Positions 37,135 to 49,374 are shown, numbered from the stretch's first letter. The stretch: DNA of 64,000 nucleotides from Camelus ferus (GCF_009834535.1 NC_045696.1:101928001-101992000), one strand, 5' to 3'. Made by a program: numbers and translations. The notes: generated from the sequence alone by a model not told the origin.

Positions 37135-38110
37135 GCCAGTTTTATTGAGATAAAATTAACATAAAAGATTATATTAGTTCAAAGTATACAACATAACGCT
37201 TTGATATATATGTATATATCAAATGCAAAATAATTATCATAATAAGTTTAGTCAACATTCATCACTTCATATAGTTATAATTCTTTCTGTGGTGAGAACT
37301 TTCAAGTTCTTAGCACCTTTCAAATGTACAATACAATGTTATTTACTGTAGTCACCATGCTGTAAATTGTATCCCCAGGATTTATTTATCTTACAACTGG
37401 AAGTTTTTATCTTTTGACTACCTTCAGACATTTTTCCCACCTCTCATCTCTCACCTCTGGCAACCACCAGTTTGTTCTGTTTTGGTGAGTTTGGTTTTTT
37501 TGTTTTGTTCTGTTTTGTTTTTAGACTCCTGGTACGTGACATCATACAGNNNNNNNNNNNNNNNNNNNNNNNNNNNNNNNNNNNNNNNNNNNNNNNNNNN
37601 NNNNNNNNNNNNNNNNNNNNNNNNNNNNNNNNNNNNNNNNNNNNNNNNNNNNNNNNNNNNNNNNNNNNNNNNNNNNNNNNNNNNNNNNNNNNNNNNNNNN
37701 NNNNNNNNNNNNNNNNNNNNNNNNNNNNNNNNNNNNNNNNNNNNNATTATCCATCAGTGAACACTTAGATTATTTCCATGTGTTGACTATTGTAAATAAT
37801 GCTGCAGGAAACATGGAGTGTGACTATCTCTTCAAGACCCTAATTTTAGTTTCTTTGGATAGATTTTTAGAAGTGGGGTTACTGGATCATACGGCAGTTC
37901 TATTTTTAATTTTTTGAGAAACCTCTATACTGTTTTCCATAGTGGCTGCACCAATTTACATTCCCACCATCAGTGCACAGTGTTCCTTTTTATTGACATC
38001 CTGGCCAACACTTGTTATATTTTGTTCTCTTTTGATAATAGCCATTCTAACAGATGTGAGGTGATATGTTCTATCTCCTTGTGGTTTTGATTTTTATTTC
38101 CCTGATGATT
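37135..38110 (-). mobile_element. L1MA9-like LINE-1 3' end (spans the N gap)
   Basis: ttttattgagataaaattaac...gtggtgagaactttcaag...gtagtcaccatgctgta...cctctggcaaccacc; catagtggctgcaccaatttacattcccacc. Confidence 0.85.
37550..37745. other. Assembly gap (196 N) inside an L1MA-type 3' end
   Basis: Run of N in the sequence. Confidence 0.99.
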
Positions 38111-38159
38111 AGTTCCATTTGGTTATAATTTAGTCATTGAACAACATAGATTTCCTTAT

Positions 38160-38510
38160 CCATTTAGCCATTAAACAAGTATTTATTTATTTAGCACTAA
38201 TCATATACCAAGCACTTATTTTAGGTGATGAAAATTTATCAGTGAACAAAACAAAGTCCTTGCTCTCATGGAGCTTAGATTCTATGGGAGAGACAGACAA
38301 GCATTTATAGCATTTATAATCTAATGTCAGGTGGAGACATGCTATGAAGAAAGGTTCGCAAAATGAGAGGATGGAGAGAGAAGTACATTGAGATATGTCC
38401 TGCAAGCCTCATTGAGGAGGTGAAGTTGGAGCCAAGATGTGAATGAAATTGAGAGTGAGCCACCCAGAGATCTGGAAGAAGAGAATTTCAAAGCAGAGGG
38501 CAAAACTAAA
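38160..38510 (-). mobile_element. L2 3' end
   Basis: cagtgaacaaaacaaagtccttgctctcatggagcttagattcta...ctcattgaggaggtgaagttggagc. Confidence 0.78.
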
Positions 38511-40239
38511 TAAGATTAGATGCCTTTGCTTTCTGGAAGTCATTTTTTTCTTGCCAGATCTATGCTATATTTTTCAATATCTAAGACCATTTTGTCTATA
38601 CAAAAAGTTCTGGAAAAATCCCATTTATTGTGGTCAAGAAAGGTAGAGGAGAAGAAGAGAGACATCTACTTGAAATGGGCAGTGAAAATGCAGAAAATGC
38701 AGAAATAACAGGAACATCATGCCCCAAAGGCTGGCAGACTCTGCCTAGCTTCCTGGCCACTTTTGCAATCCTGAATTCAGAATGCACAGCCAGACACCAA
38801 AGAGTTGTCCTACTGCACTTTGATTGTATCTTGGAGCACCCCAAATGCAAGATTAAGAATTACCTGGACAGATCTGTTTGGCAGAGTTGGGGTCAAGCCC
38901 TTGCCACCTGGACTGCAGCTTGGCTTTCTGAGACAGGGCCATGGACACCTCACTCAAAAACTCTTCTGACTTCCTTTCTTATTCTTCACAAATCATCACT
39001 CAGGACTCATGTTCTAAGGAAACTGGCCACTGGAACATTGATTTGTGGCAGGGATTGCATTCCACCAGCAGTCCAATTTTATTTCTTACCAAAAATCCTA
39101 GCTACTCAAAATAACATAGAAGCTCTTGGTGGCAGTGGTCTACTGGAGTGCCATGTGATTTGAGCATAGATTGTACTGTTTCTCTCACACTCACTCTTGG
39201 CTGGGGAATGAGAGCAGTCATATGAAAGTGTGTGAGCAGGCTGAACACTGGCCTTGGTCCTCTTTCTGACATGACAGAATTTGAAAAGAGGAGAGTGGCT
39301 GTGGAATAAAGGGATGGCGTCTTAGGTTTCTGGCTTCAAGCCCTAGAAAATACCCTAGAGCACCACAGGGAGAAACAACTGGGATGCCCACCCATCTCCC
39401 AGTCTCCCCTGCCTCTTGCCTACTGCCTGGTCTTGGACCATCTTAGATCATCCATCTGGTCATCCATTTCCTAGTTCCAGAAGGGACTTAAGGTTGTAGC
39501 ACAGACACACTTTCTAAGAACTCTGGGAGCCAGCATGGCAGAGCACACTGTGGACTAGTGATTTGGGATGTTGATAGCCATCCACATAGATTAGATATCA
39601 GAGGACATGTTTTTAAAGCTATTTGTGGAGGGAGTGCGTAGCTAGGGGTTCTGAGACTGTTCTCTCCACTTCCCCATCCTGCGCAGCTCAAGATCATGGT
39701 GAAATATTTTCCATGCGAGGCTAATCTTTTAAAAACTGACTCATACTTTGTTATTTGATACTATTTTCTATATATATCAATAAATCTTGTATTATGTGTT
39801 ATCTCAGAACAAATTATTCCTCCTAAGTGACTTTTCACCAAACAAACCCTAAATATTCTTTTAAACATTAACATGTATGGTGATTTAAAAAAAAAGTATA
39901 AAAAGTTCTTTGCACTCCCACAGGGATCATCTTGTTCACTTCCTGACATATGTACACCCCAACTTAAAGACCAGTAGAATAGCTCATATTTTATTAACAT
40001 TTTATTTTTATTTTAACTATTTTTGTTTGTTTCTTGAAAAATTCCGCTCTTTTCTGAAATCTTACTGTATTCTGAGTTTCAGCAGCACCAGTATATACAT
40101 AGGCTCTTGGCTTGAGGTAAGGATGTTCTTAGAGGCTGTTAGCTTTGTGGGAACATTGATTCCCATCCCAAGTGACCCCACACTGCCATACTTCAGTATC
40201 TGGTTCTATCAGCTTGTAGCTCCAGCTTGGGTGCTCCCA

Positions 40240-40445
40240 CTGTATCTTAACTGAGTGGTAAGTTAATATTTATATCTGTGATGCTGGATTAATGTCTATC
40301 TCCTCACTAGGTCGTAGGCTCCAGTAGGGCAAGGACCAGGTCTAAGTCTGTCTGTGGTCACATTGTATTCCCAGCTCACAGCAGGGTGCTTTGCACATGG
40401 TTGATACTCTGTGGACCCTGGCAAGTGAGTGGATGAAATAATGAA
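40240..40445 (+). mobile_element. L2 3' end
   Basis: tgtctatctcctcactagg...ggctccagtagggcaaggacc...cacattgtattcccagc...gcacatggttgatactc. Confidence 0.7.
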
Positions 40446-41269
40446 GCATCATTCTCCAGTTTTCAGTTGCTACTTCTCCCTAGTACTCAATCCTGTCTTA
40501 GTTGCTGGCCATTTTATATCCAAGTATCTATCATAGCTTCCCCCTCAGAGTGAAGTACCAGGCTCTGTGGTGGATTTTGCTACTCAGAGGGTTGAACTGC
40601 TGGCAGTCTCATCTCCAAATAATGGAGTAAGGCTAGAGGGAGAGGGAGAAGAAGAGGCTGGGCACAGGAGAGACAATCGGGGAGTAGGGGGGGAGAAAGG
40701 GAGGGAGAAAGAAATTTCTCATCAGACTTTAAGTAGGTAAAAGTTAAAACAGGTCTTTCAATTCCTTTCCCCTTTGCTTTGTTCCTTCTAAAACATTAAA
40801 CTGTGCTGAGAGTGCACATTTATCATCGTTGATCTCCAGCGAGTAATTATATAAGGTTTCATCCAACTGCATTTCCTTGTTCTTCCCTAAGGAGCTAAGA
40901 AGCTCCTCATTAGTAGCTTATACAGTCCGAAGTTAGGATACGCATCAGCGGCACTGGAGGGATGAGGACCGTCAGGAAGGGTGGGAACCTTAAGGAAGCT
41001 GTGCATTTAACTGGCTTGTCTCCTGATGCCATTTGAGCCTGTCTTGAGTTAAGAGTCTCCCAGCTGCTCCTCTCAGATCCATTTCCAATTATAAGGCTAA
41101 CTGGACATGGTCTGCTGTACAGAGTTTCGCTTCAGGTGGTGGCGTGTGGAGAAAGAATGTCCTACAAATTCAGGTGTTCTCCACCGTTCCTTCTGACTAT
41201 CGGGTTCTTAAAGAAGTGGTCTCTGATGTGGAATTTAGTGAGCAGGATAGTTAAGTGCCCTTGAAATCA

Positions 41270-41602
41270 ACACTTACTAAATGAAAGAGGAAGGAAGCCT
41301 GAGTGGGCCGAGGGTGAAGTTAAGCTGTGATGCAGGCTCAACAATTTTTTTTCTATCTCCTCAGGAGGCTCTGGAGTTAGAATGGCTCTTTGGGGTCATC
41401 TCCAGTTGGTCCGAGATGGCCTGGACTCTAAAATACCAAAGCATTCTGTCTTTGGATGTGGGCTACTCTGGAAAGGGCATGGCTTCAGATGAGGTAGCTC
41501 TTTTTAGTCTTGGCAATCTCTAAAGGGGCTGAGAGCATTCCAAGTGGCAGAGATAACAAGACCTTCATTGGAGGGGATCCCAGTATCCAACACACTGACC
41601 TT
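41270..41602 (-). mobile_element. ERVL LTR fragment (LTR16-like)
   Basis: ggaagcctgagtgggccgagggtgaagttaagctgtgatgcaggc...ggctctggagttagaatggc...gaggtagctct. Confidence 0.55.
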
Positions 41603-42021
41603 TGCAGGGGAAGAAAAATTTTTCTTTCTACCCATCTAGGTTTTTGACTAGGGCCCCTGTAAAAAAGGATAGATTAACAAGAGAGAAATAAATGGAAATT
41701 TATTAACATAGTTATTTCATATATACCTGGGAGAAATCTAGGGAATGAGTAACCCAGAGATGGCTTAGAATTCAGGCTTTAATATCATCTTCAACTAAAA
41801 CAAGGGAAAGGATATAGAGGAGGCAAGTTTTAGGAGAGTGGCCAGGAAATGTAAGGTAAATAAGGGTAAGGTCCTAAGGTTTAAGTCTATGCCTTTCTTA
41901 TTGATAAATTTCTCATGATTTAGAGTCATCCTTCTCTTCCTACTTTAAAGCAGAGGTTTCCTTAGTGAAATTTCCCTTACAAAAGGCGTATTTTGAGGGG
42001 GATATATTCTGGTCTTCTACA
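41603..42021 (-). mobile_element. ERV1 solo LTR (MER34-like) with 4-bp TSD CCTT
   Basis: TG...CA termini (tgcagggg...ttctaca). CCTT at 41599-41602 and 42022-42025; a 4-bp TSD is the ERV1 hallmark. AATAAA lies on the minus strand near 41700. Confidence 0.85.
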
Positions 42022-42111
42022 CCTTCCATGGTCTGGGAACTTTTATATAGGTTAAGTGCTCAAGAAGAGAACCCAAATCACGACTTAAAACATAGTTGGA
42101 GTCAAATAATG

Positions 42112-42326
42112 TAGTAGAGTGCTAGAACAGGCTTGTCCATGCTCTGAGAGCTGATTATTTATTAGGTATCTAGGAATCTTGCAAGCCAGTTGCTCAAACA
42201 TTGGCTTCTTGAAATGGGCCATGGTAAGAGTAGTTAGACCACAGAAATTGTCAAGTCCTACAAATCTGAGCTTGTGGGCTTTTTTTTTTTTTTCCTCCAG
42301 AGAGATGATTTACTAGCACACCAGTG
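42112..42326. mobile_element. Arthur1-like hAT-Tip100 MITE
   Basis: gagagctgatt...cttgaaatgggccatggtaagagta...cacagaaattg...tacaaatc...tttactagcacaccagtg. Confidence 0.7.
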
Positions 42327-42506
42327 AAAATATGCCTATATCATTGCATTTTTAGGAGAACTGGAAATACCATACACCTCATTTTTCATCTCACGAAAAA
42401 GTTCTTTGCCACATGATGACTGTCTTAAAATTCCACTGTTAGAGCTGCATATCTTCAGCTTAAACTGACTGCTTCTAAGGTGATATAGATAAATGCATAA
42501 GGTTTT

Positions 42507-42865
42507 TGTCTTAGTCCTTTTGGGCAGCTATAGCAAAAATACCATAGTCTGGGTGACTTAAACAACAAACACTTATTTCCCTCAGTTTTAGAGACTGGAA
42601 AGTCCAAGATCAAGACACAGGCATATTTGGTGTCTGGTGAGAGCTAGCTTCCTGGTTATAGATGACTGTCTTCCTGCTGTGTCCTTACATGGTAGAAAGA
42701 ATGAGAATGCTCTCTGTTTTCTTTTATAAGGGCACTAAACCCATTATGAGGGCTCTTCGCTTATGACCCAGTGACTTTCCAAAGGCCTCACCTCCTAGTA
42801 CCAACACTTTAGGGGTTGGATTAACATATGAATTTTGAGGAGACACAAATATTCAGTCCATTGCA
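42507..42865 (-). mobile_element. MLT1A0-like MaLR solo LTR with 5-bp TSD GTTTT
   Basis: tgtcttagtcc...aagtccaagatcaag...gacacaaatattcagtccattgca. GTTTT at 42502-42506 and 42866-42870. Confidence 0.9.
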
Positions 42866-42879
42866 GTTTTGCAGTTGCA

Positions 42880-43055
42880 CCTAGAGCTGAATCCTATCTA
42901 TGTCATTTCTAGCACTGAGATCTTGAAAAGTTAACTTCTCATATTTTTTTTCATCTATGAAATAGATCAGTGTTACCCATGTTAGAGGATGGCTTTACAA
43001 AATAAGTGAGAAAAAGTTACATTTAGTGTTCGGTGTGCTGTAAATATTACTCTGC
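42880..43055 (+). mobile_element. MIR fragment
   Basis: gctgaatcct...ttttttcatctatgaaat...aataagtgag. Confidence 0.55.
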
Positions 43056-43856
43056 TTCCTTAACATCTGCCCTTGGCAAGCATGGAGTCCCCTCTTGGGG
43101 CAAAATTTGAGGAAGGCATGTTGGAGGAACTTTGGTGTTATTTTTTAATTCATCATACTTAAGGTAGATGCACTGTTTGAAAAACACATCATTTTAATTT
43201 TAAATCAGGCTGTTTGGCATCTATCTTCTGCTGATTTCAGCACCTCCTCCTCCTTCCCCCAAATCCCCTCAAGCATGCCTGCTGTGACTGCGGTCCTTGC
43301 TGACTCAGCCCTTCACTGTCCAGCTTCCCCAGGCCAGTTGCTCCCTGGTGAGGTCTTGTGATGGGGAAGCTGCCCGCACGTTTCAAAGTTAGGTGAGGCC
43401 AAAAAGAAACTGTGGGGCTGCAGTGCTCCCATATGTTCTGAGGGTTGGAAAGCACAGTTTCTTTTGCCTATAATATAAAGATTGGCCAAGATTAAGACCA
43501 ATTCCAGATTGGGGAAAATCACTCTTGATGCACAAGTTTTCAATTGTGTTGGATGCCTTTCCTTTTGTAATTCTTACCTTGGTAATGAGGAGTAAATACT
43601 CTTGGTGAGATGGGGACCAGTCCCTTCTCACACCCACCTGTTATTTTCTCTTCCCCTGCTTATATCGAGCCAATATTAGAACAGGAGCCTCCCCACCCCA
43701 CGCCACCCTCCCACCCCCGTCATTTTAATATCACAGCTAGTGGCGGGAGGTAGGCTATCCATACAATGAAGGGCAGGCCCACAAAGGACCAGCAGCCAAT
43801 CGAAGTTGTGTGTAGGCAGTTAAAAGGCCTGGAGTCTGGGTGCCTAGGTTCAAAGG

Positions 43857-43983
43857 AGGAAACCAGATCATTTGATTTTCAAACTGGAACTCTTGAGAGT
43901 GAATGGGGCCATGATAATTAGGCCAGGACAACAAGTATTACCTGGGACTATTCTGGTCAAACCAGAAGGTATGGTTATGTTAG
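43857..43983. mobile_element. MER81-like hAT-Blackjack MITE
   Basis: caaactggaactcttgagagtgaa...taattaggccaggacaac...gggactattctggtcaaaccagaaggtatggt. Confidence 0.7.
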
Positions 43984-44179
43984 TAAAGGCTCACAAAGAT
44001 AATAGACATAATTTCATGTGTCAAGAATCTTATGCAGAAACATAGGAAACTCTGGCCATCAGTGTCTAGGTGCTGTGGCAATGATCTAGAAAACCTAGGT
44101 GGTCTTTATGTATTTTTAGCCAATGAGGGCACATCCAGCAGTGGAGTGGGTAACCCGAACCCACAGGTGGATGGCAGAT

Positions 44180-44980
44180 GGAATATTGTAGTTAAGAAGG
44201 CAGCCCCTGGCACTGTATTACTTGTTTCAAATGCTACTCACCAGCTGTGCGACGTTGGATGAGTTACTTAATTTCTCTATACTTCAACTTCCCCTTTATA
44301 AAATGGAATATTCCTAACTACATTGTGATTTGCAAATGAGAAAATACATGTAAAACACTTAGAATAGTGCTGGCTTATAGTAAGCACTCAAGTTATGTTA
44401 ACTGTTAGTTTTATTATCATTATTTTTATCAACAAAGCAATGAACTCACAATTAGAAGCTAAGATTTGAGTCTAAGTCTTACTATTTACAAGGTATGTGA
44501 TTTTGTGAAAGCCACATGACTCTCTGAGCCTTGGTTTTACCTCTGTAAAAATGAGCTGTTCACAATACTTATACTAGGGTTGTTGTGAAGAAAAAATGAG
44601 AGTCTGTGTATGAAGGCACTTTTAAAACTGTAACAGCCTTTGAAAATGTCAGTTGTTATTTTTATTATTAATTATTATTATGATTAATTGATGATTGGTA
44701 ACTGTACTAGTATATAAGTGAGGAAGACAGACCTTGAATTTCAGCCCTGCCTAAATTTTAATGACTGTGTGTTCTCTTTTCCAGGGTAGTTGTTATTTCC
44801 ATTTCAATCTCACCATTATTCTGTGAGGTGAACAGATGTTACTCCTATGTTTCACAATAGGAAACTGAGGCTCTTGAAAGCTTATATGATTTGATCAATA
44901 TTGATCTGTGGCAGAACTGGTCTTAGGACCAGGTCTCCTGACTCTAACTTCAATGTTCTTTCCACAACTCCATGCTGCCA
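44180..44980. mobile_element. MIR cluster (two near-complete + copies at 44180-44425 and 44455-44680, a partial copy, and a - copy at 44795-44980)
   Basis: MIR core and tails (gtaagcactcaa...ttattatcattatt; ctctctgagccttggtttt...agggttgttgtgaag; ggaaactgaggctc). Confidence 0.75.
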
Positions 44981-45449
44981 AACTCAATATTTAGAACTAT
45001 ATAAATGTTTTGTTCACAATTCTCCGCTTAAGTCTGCCTGGGTTTATAGACATTATCTACCTCCAATGAAATACCAGTGTTTATATCTGTCTTTTTGCAT
45101 GTATAATGTTCACATAGTGTATTTCTAACTTCTGGAACTTTAATCACATAAAAAGTCATCATATAATGTATATGTGCAGTCAAACTGTAATAATTCTACC
45201 TAATAAAACTGAAAAAGGAAAAAAAATGACAACAATAATAAAAAAAGTCATCATAGTTTTATGGTATAATATTCTTACAATTTCTCAATGATAATTTATG
45301 CTTATTACATGTAATATTACAAATAAATATATTTACATATATTTCACATTTTTCCTATGTAGTTTAAATCAGATAGTCTTTAAAACACTATAACTTACTT
45401 TATTTATTATCATAACCTAAACCTTTCCTCAGGCTTTTAAAATTTCAGG

Positions 45450-46640
45450 ATGAACAGCCAATTATAAAACTTCAGGAAAAAAATATATTTATGACATTAG
45501 GATAAGGGAAAATTTTTTAAAGTTACCAAAGCTGAATTAAAGTAAAGATGGAGTAAATTCTACTACATTAAACTGAAAAATTTTGCATGAAAAAGACACA
45601 ATTGATAAAGTTAAAAGGCAATGTCAAAAAGTTTAAAGAGGTGAGAGAATAGAAGAATGTATTTGAAATGTAAGTAACCAAAACTCACAGCGGAAAAAGA
45701 AAGTGACAATGAATATACGTATGTTCATGTATAACTGAAAAATTGTGCTCTGCACTGGAATTTGACACAACATTGTAAAATGACTATAATGCAATTAAAA
45801 AATGTTAAAAAAAAATAACCAAAACAGAATAGTAACCAGATTGTATGAAGAACTAATAAACAAGAAAAAGTCACGCTGGGTAATAGATATGATCCAAAAT
45901 TCACTAAAGAGATATCAAAAAAGGCCAATAAACAAAGGAAAATATGCTTATTTAATTAGTAATGGAAAATGCAAAGAAAACAATAATGTGACATCAGCTT
46001 ATACTTAACCTTGTGGGTAAAAATTAGAAATTTGTCAGTATTAAGCGGTGGCTAGAATGTGGGGAAATACTCCTATACTCTCCTGCAGAGTGTAAATTGG
46101 TATAACCACTTTTAAGTAATTTGTCAGTACATTCTAATATTGACGATTAGTATACCTTATCATCCAGCAGTTCTATATCTAGGTATTTTCTACTTCTGGA
46201 GAAATTTATACCTGTACGCAAAGACTTAAGTTCAAGAACATATGTCGTGTTACTTTTAGTCATGGTGACAAATAAGAAACAACCTAATTGTCCTAATTCT
46301 CTTGTTAGAGAAAGAAAAAAACAATCATGATACATTCACCAATAGAAGGCTACACAGCAGTGTAAGTGAATGGACATAATACACATGTATTAATGTGGGT
46401 AAATCACTTCTGAATGTAAAAAGCAGGATACAAAGGCTAAATTTTGATAAAATTTAAAAATAAAAATACTAATTTTTGCTATGAATACATATATATGAAG
46501 TACAAGGATACAGTCATGGGAGAAAGAACACTTTCTAACTTCAGAGTATTTATTACTTCTGGAGAAGGGTAGAGGGAAGGTCTTCAAGTCTGACACATCA
46601 TTTAAAACTTGTTTGAAGCAAAATTTAAGACATAAATATA
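45450..46640 (+). mobile_element. Ancient L1ME-type LINE-1 3' portion
   Basis: Degenerate ORF2 end and 3' UTR: gtgtaaattggtataaccactttt...catccagcagttctatatctaggtat...aaacaacctaattgtcc. Confidence 0.75.
45685..45815 (+). mobile_element. Young 5'-truncated camelid L1 (131 bp) with TSD TAACCAAAAC
   Basis: gtatgttcatgtataactgaaaaattgtgctctgcactggaatttgacacaacattgtaaaatgactataa plus an A tail. TAACCAAAAC at 45675-45684 and 45816-45825. Confidence 0.9.
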
Positions 46641-47859
46641 ATAAAAAGAGAAACAACTCTAATTTAGGATTTCTAAGTTCAGTAGTGCCTCTGAGTGACC
46701 CAGTGACCTTCCACATCTCCCTTGAGCTCTCTAGGGGATGATATTAGGTCAGGGCTTTGAATACTTTTTAGCAGAGGAACCTTTCATGCAAAAAAAATCT
46801 GAAAATCCTTCCCAACATGTGAAACGGGTGAAATCAAAACTGCTCAGGCAGAAACTGGAGGGCAGAGCCAGGGTGGGCACCAGTGCAGTTGTTCCCACTT
46901 CCCATCACCACCGCATCCTCCACAGAGCCCAGGGATCAGCAGAGATCAGTTTGCAGACCCCCAGATGGGTGACCTCTAAGACAGCTTCTCCTTCTGACAA
47001 CCTGTCTGCGGTGCTGTTTTTCTTAAACAATGGCCTACTTGAGGTAAAGCTTGTTTCTCTGACGAGAGCCTGCCACGTATAAGGGCTCTGTAGGGACCAT
47101 CTGGAGGGGTGGAAAAATACTTTTCACTGTGAATAACTATCTCCTAATCTGGCTGTTCCTCAGATTTGAATGTTGAGAGTAGGATTTCTCCCCATTAAAA
47201 AAAAAATTGATTCACTAACTTTTTGCTGCTCGTATCACTTCCTTACCTCTCTCCACTTATACCTTCATCATTCTATGTCCTGGTCTGCTCTCCTGCATCC
47301 TCCTCCCTCAGCCTTTGTCCCTTTGTTCCTCCTTCATCCCTCTGTCTCATCCTAGAGCCATGTATCAGGTTTCTGAGAGAGTCTGACACTCAGCCTCCCA
47401 AATGAAGGGCCTAGAACCCACTGCTTCCACATTCTCATCACTCACTCTTTCCTTAACTCCCTGAACCTACTTCTTGATTGAATCAATTGAAAATGATCAA
47501 CAGCCACTTCTCAACTATGAAATTAAAAGATTTCTCCCGGGCCCTCAAAATTCTGTTCTCAGTCACTGATCCCAGGATGGAGAGTCAGCTTCTGCTTTAT
47601 CATTCCCTCAGTCAACCAGGTGCAAAAGCATAGGTTCGTTTTGGGTTTTTTATTTTTGCCTCTCTCTTTATTTATTGAGTTTCAGATAAATAAATTATTG
47701 GGGAAGGCATGTTCCAAATATGATACTAAGAAATCATTCTGAAAAATTGCTGTTTATCTGAAGTTCCCATTTAACTGGGCGTCCTGTATTTTTATTTGCT
47801 AAATCTGACAGTCTTGCAAAAGGGAGCAGCACCTCCTTTTTACACCGTACTTCTTTCTG

Positions 47860-48330
47860 GCTTTCTTTGTGCATGAACTTTATTCTCCTCTTCTCTCTGA
47901 TTGTTCCTTCACTGTCTCTCTCCGTGGTACTACCACCTCTTCCCATCCCAGGGTCTATTCTTGGCCCTCTTCTCTGTCCTACAGCACTCATTCCTTCAGA
48001 GATCCCATCTATAAGTCATCCTCCATGCTGATGATTCTGGATCATTTCTCCTTGGCGCTGACCGTCCCCAAGTATGCCTTTCCAAATGTCTCACAGACAC
48101 CTCAGCCTCAGTGAGCAGAGGCTTCAATTAGCCCTCAACTTTTCTGACCCCTCTTACCTCTGCCAAGTCAGCTCCTCTTCAATCATTTTTACTCAGGCAG
48201 TCACCCAGGTACAAAAACATAGGTTCCTTCTGGGGTTTTGTATTTTTGCCTCTCTATTTCACCTGCAAGCCCTGCCAATCCTCCCTGCCATATGCCTGGC
48301 TTATTCTAAGTAAATATTGCTGGATGAATG
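47860..48330 (+). mobile_element. L2 internal (ORF2/3' UTR) fragment
   Basis: cccagggtctattcttggccctcttctctgtcctacagcactc...atgctgatgattc...gtcacccagg. Confidence 0.65.
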
Positions 48331-48349
48331 GATTCCTCCTGGTGTGTTC

Positions 48350-49070
48350 CTTTCTTTCCATTCCATATATATATATGGTGAGGCTATGGCAATTTTTGTT
48401 ACACATGCCAGACATGCTGTTCTATATCTTGCACTTTTACCTTGCCAACAGACTTTAGAAAGCAACCATATCAGTTCGTAGATAGTTTCTTCAGCCTTTC
48501 TAACAGTTCATAGTATTCAGTTTTATAGATTACAGTTGACCCTTGAACAACACAGGTTTGAACTGCACAGGTCCACTTATATGCAGATGTTTTTCAATAG
48601 CAAATACTATGGTACTTTACGATCTGCAGCACTACATGGTCCAATCTGTGGATGCAGAACCGTGGATAAGGAGGAAATGCAGAAAGGGAAGAACCTTGTG
48701 TACAGAGGTCCAACTGTGAGTTGTATACAGATTTTCAACTGCGTGGAGGGCCAGCACCCCTAACCCCTACCTTGGTCAAGAGTCAGCTGTATACTGTGAT
48801 TTATTTAACCATGATTCTGTGATTTATTTATACCATGATTTATTTAATCCATGGTTCAATTATCCTCAATGCTTTCTTTTTTTCCCATTCATTCATCTGC
48901 AATGAATGCTCTTGTCCTGTCATTCCACACACGTGCAAGCATATCTGCAGGACAGATTCTGAGATGAGGTATTGCTGAATCAAATGGTATGGATATTTGA
49001 CATTTTGATATCTATTGCTAAAATACCCTACTAAGAGATTATACAAATTTATATTCCCCAAAGCCATTTT
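48350..49070 (-). mobile_element. Ancient L1ME-type fragment interrupted by Tigger2a
   Basis: gcaagcatatctgcaggacagattc...ggtattgctgaatcaaatggtatgg...atacaaatttatattcccc. Confidence 0.7.
48533..48789. mobile_element. Tigger2a-type Tc1/mariner MITE with TA TSD
   Basis: TIR cagttgacccttgaac ... ggtcaagagtcagctg, flanked by TA at 48531-48532 and 48790-48791. Confidence 0.92.
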
Positions 49071-49374
49071 ATTGTTTAATCCTTCTGTGTAAAACTTCTC
49101 TAATTTTATCCATGTTTGAACAAATATAGTTCCAATTTATTTACACCGGGTCAGAGAGAGGTTCATAGTCTGGGTAGTACCCACGTGCCAGGCCTTAACT
49201 GCCTCTCCTATCACTTAGGAGGTTTACATTGCCTATTTCTGTTCTCCAAGGGCTCCAAGTGCACCCTGGGCCTCCAATCCTCAGTCCATTACTTCAACAG
49301 TTTCTTTCACTTAGATTCAGGTACAGTGAACATCTCTTGAGAAACAATCAGGGTTGGGTACCAAGTAGAATTCT

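Noticed and set aside
38630-39163. Longest gap-free ORF (177 aa, + strand)
   Set aside because: It starts at GTG, has no recognisable domain and no splice context, and lies in an intron next to an L2. An ORF of this length is plausible by chance in 64 kb.
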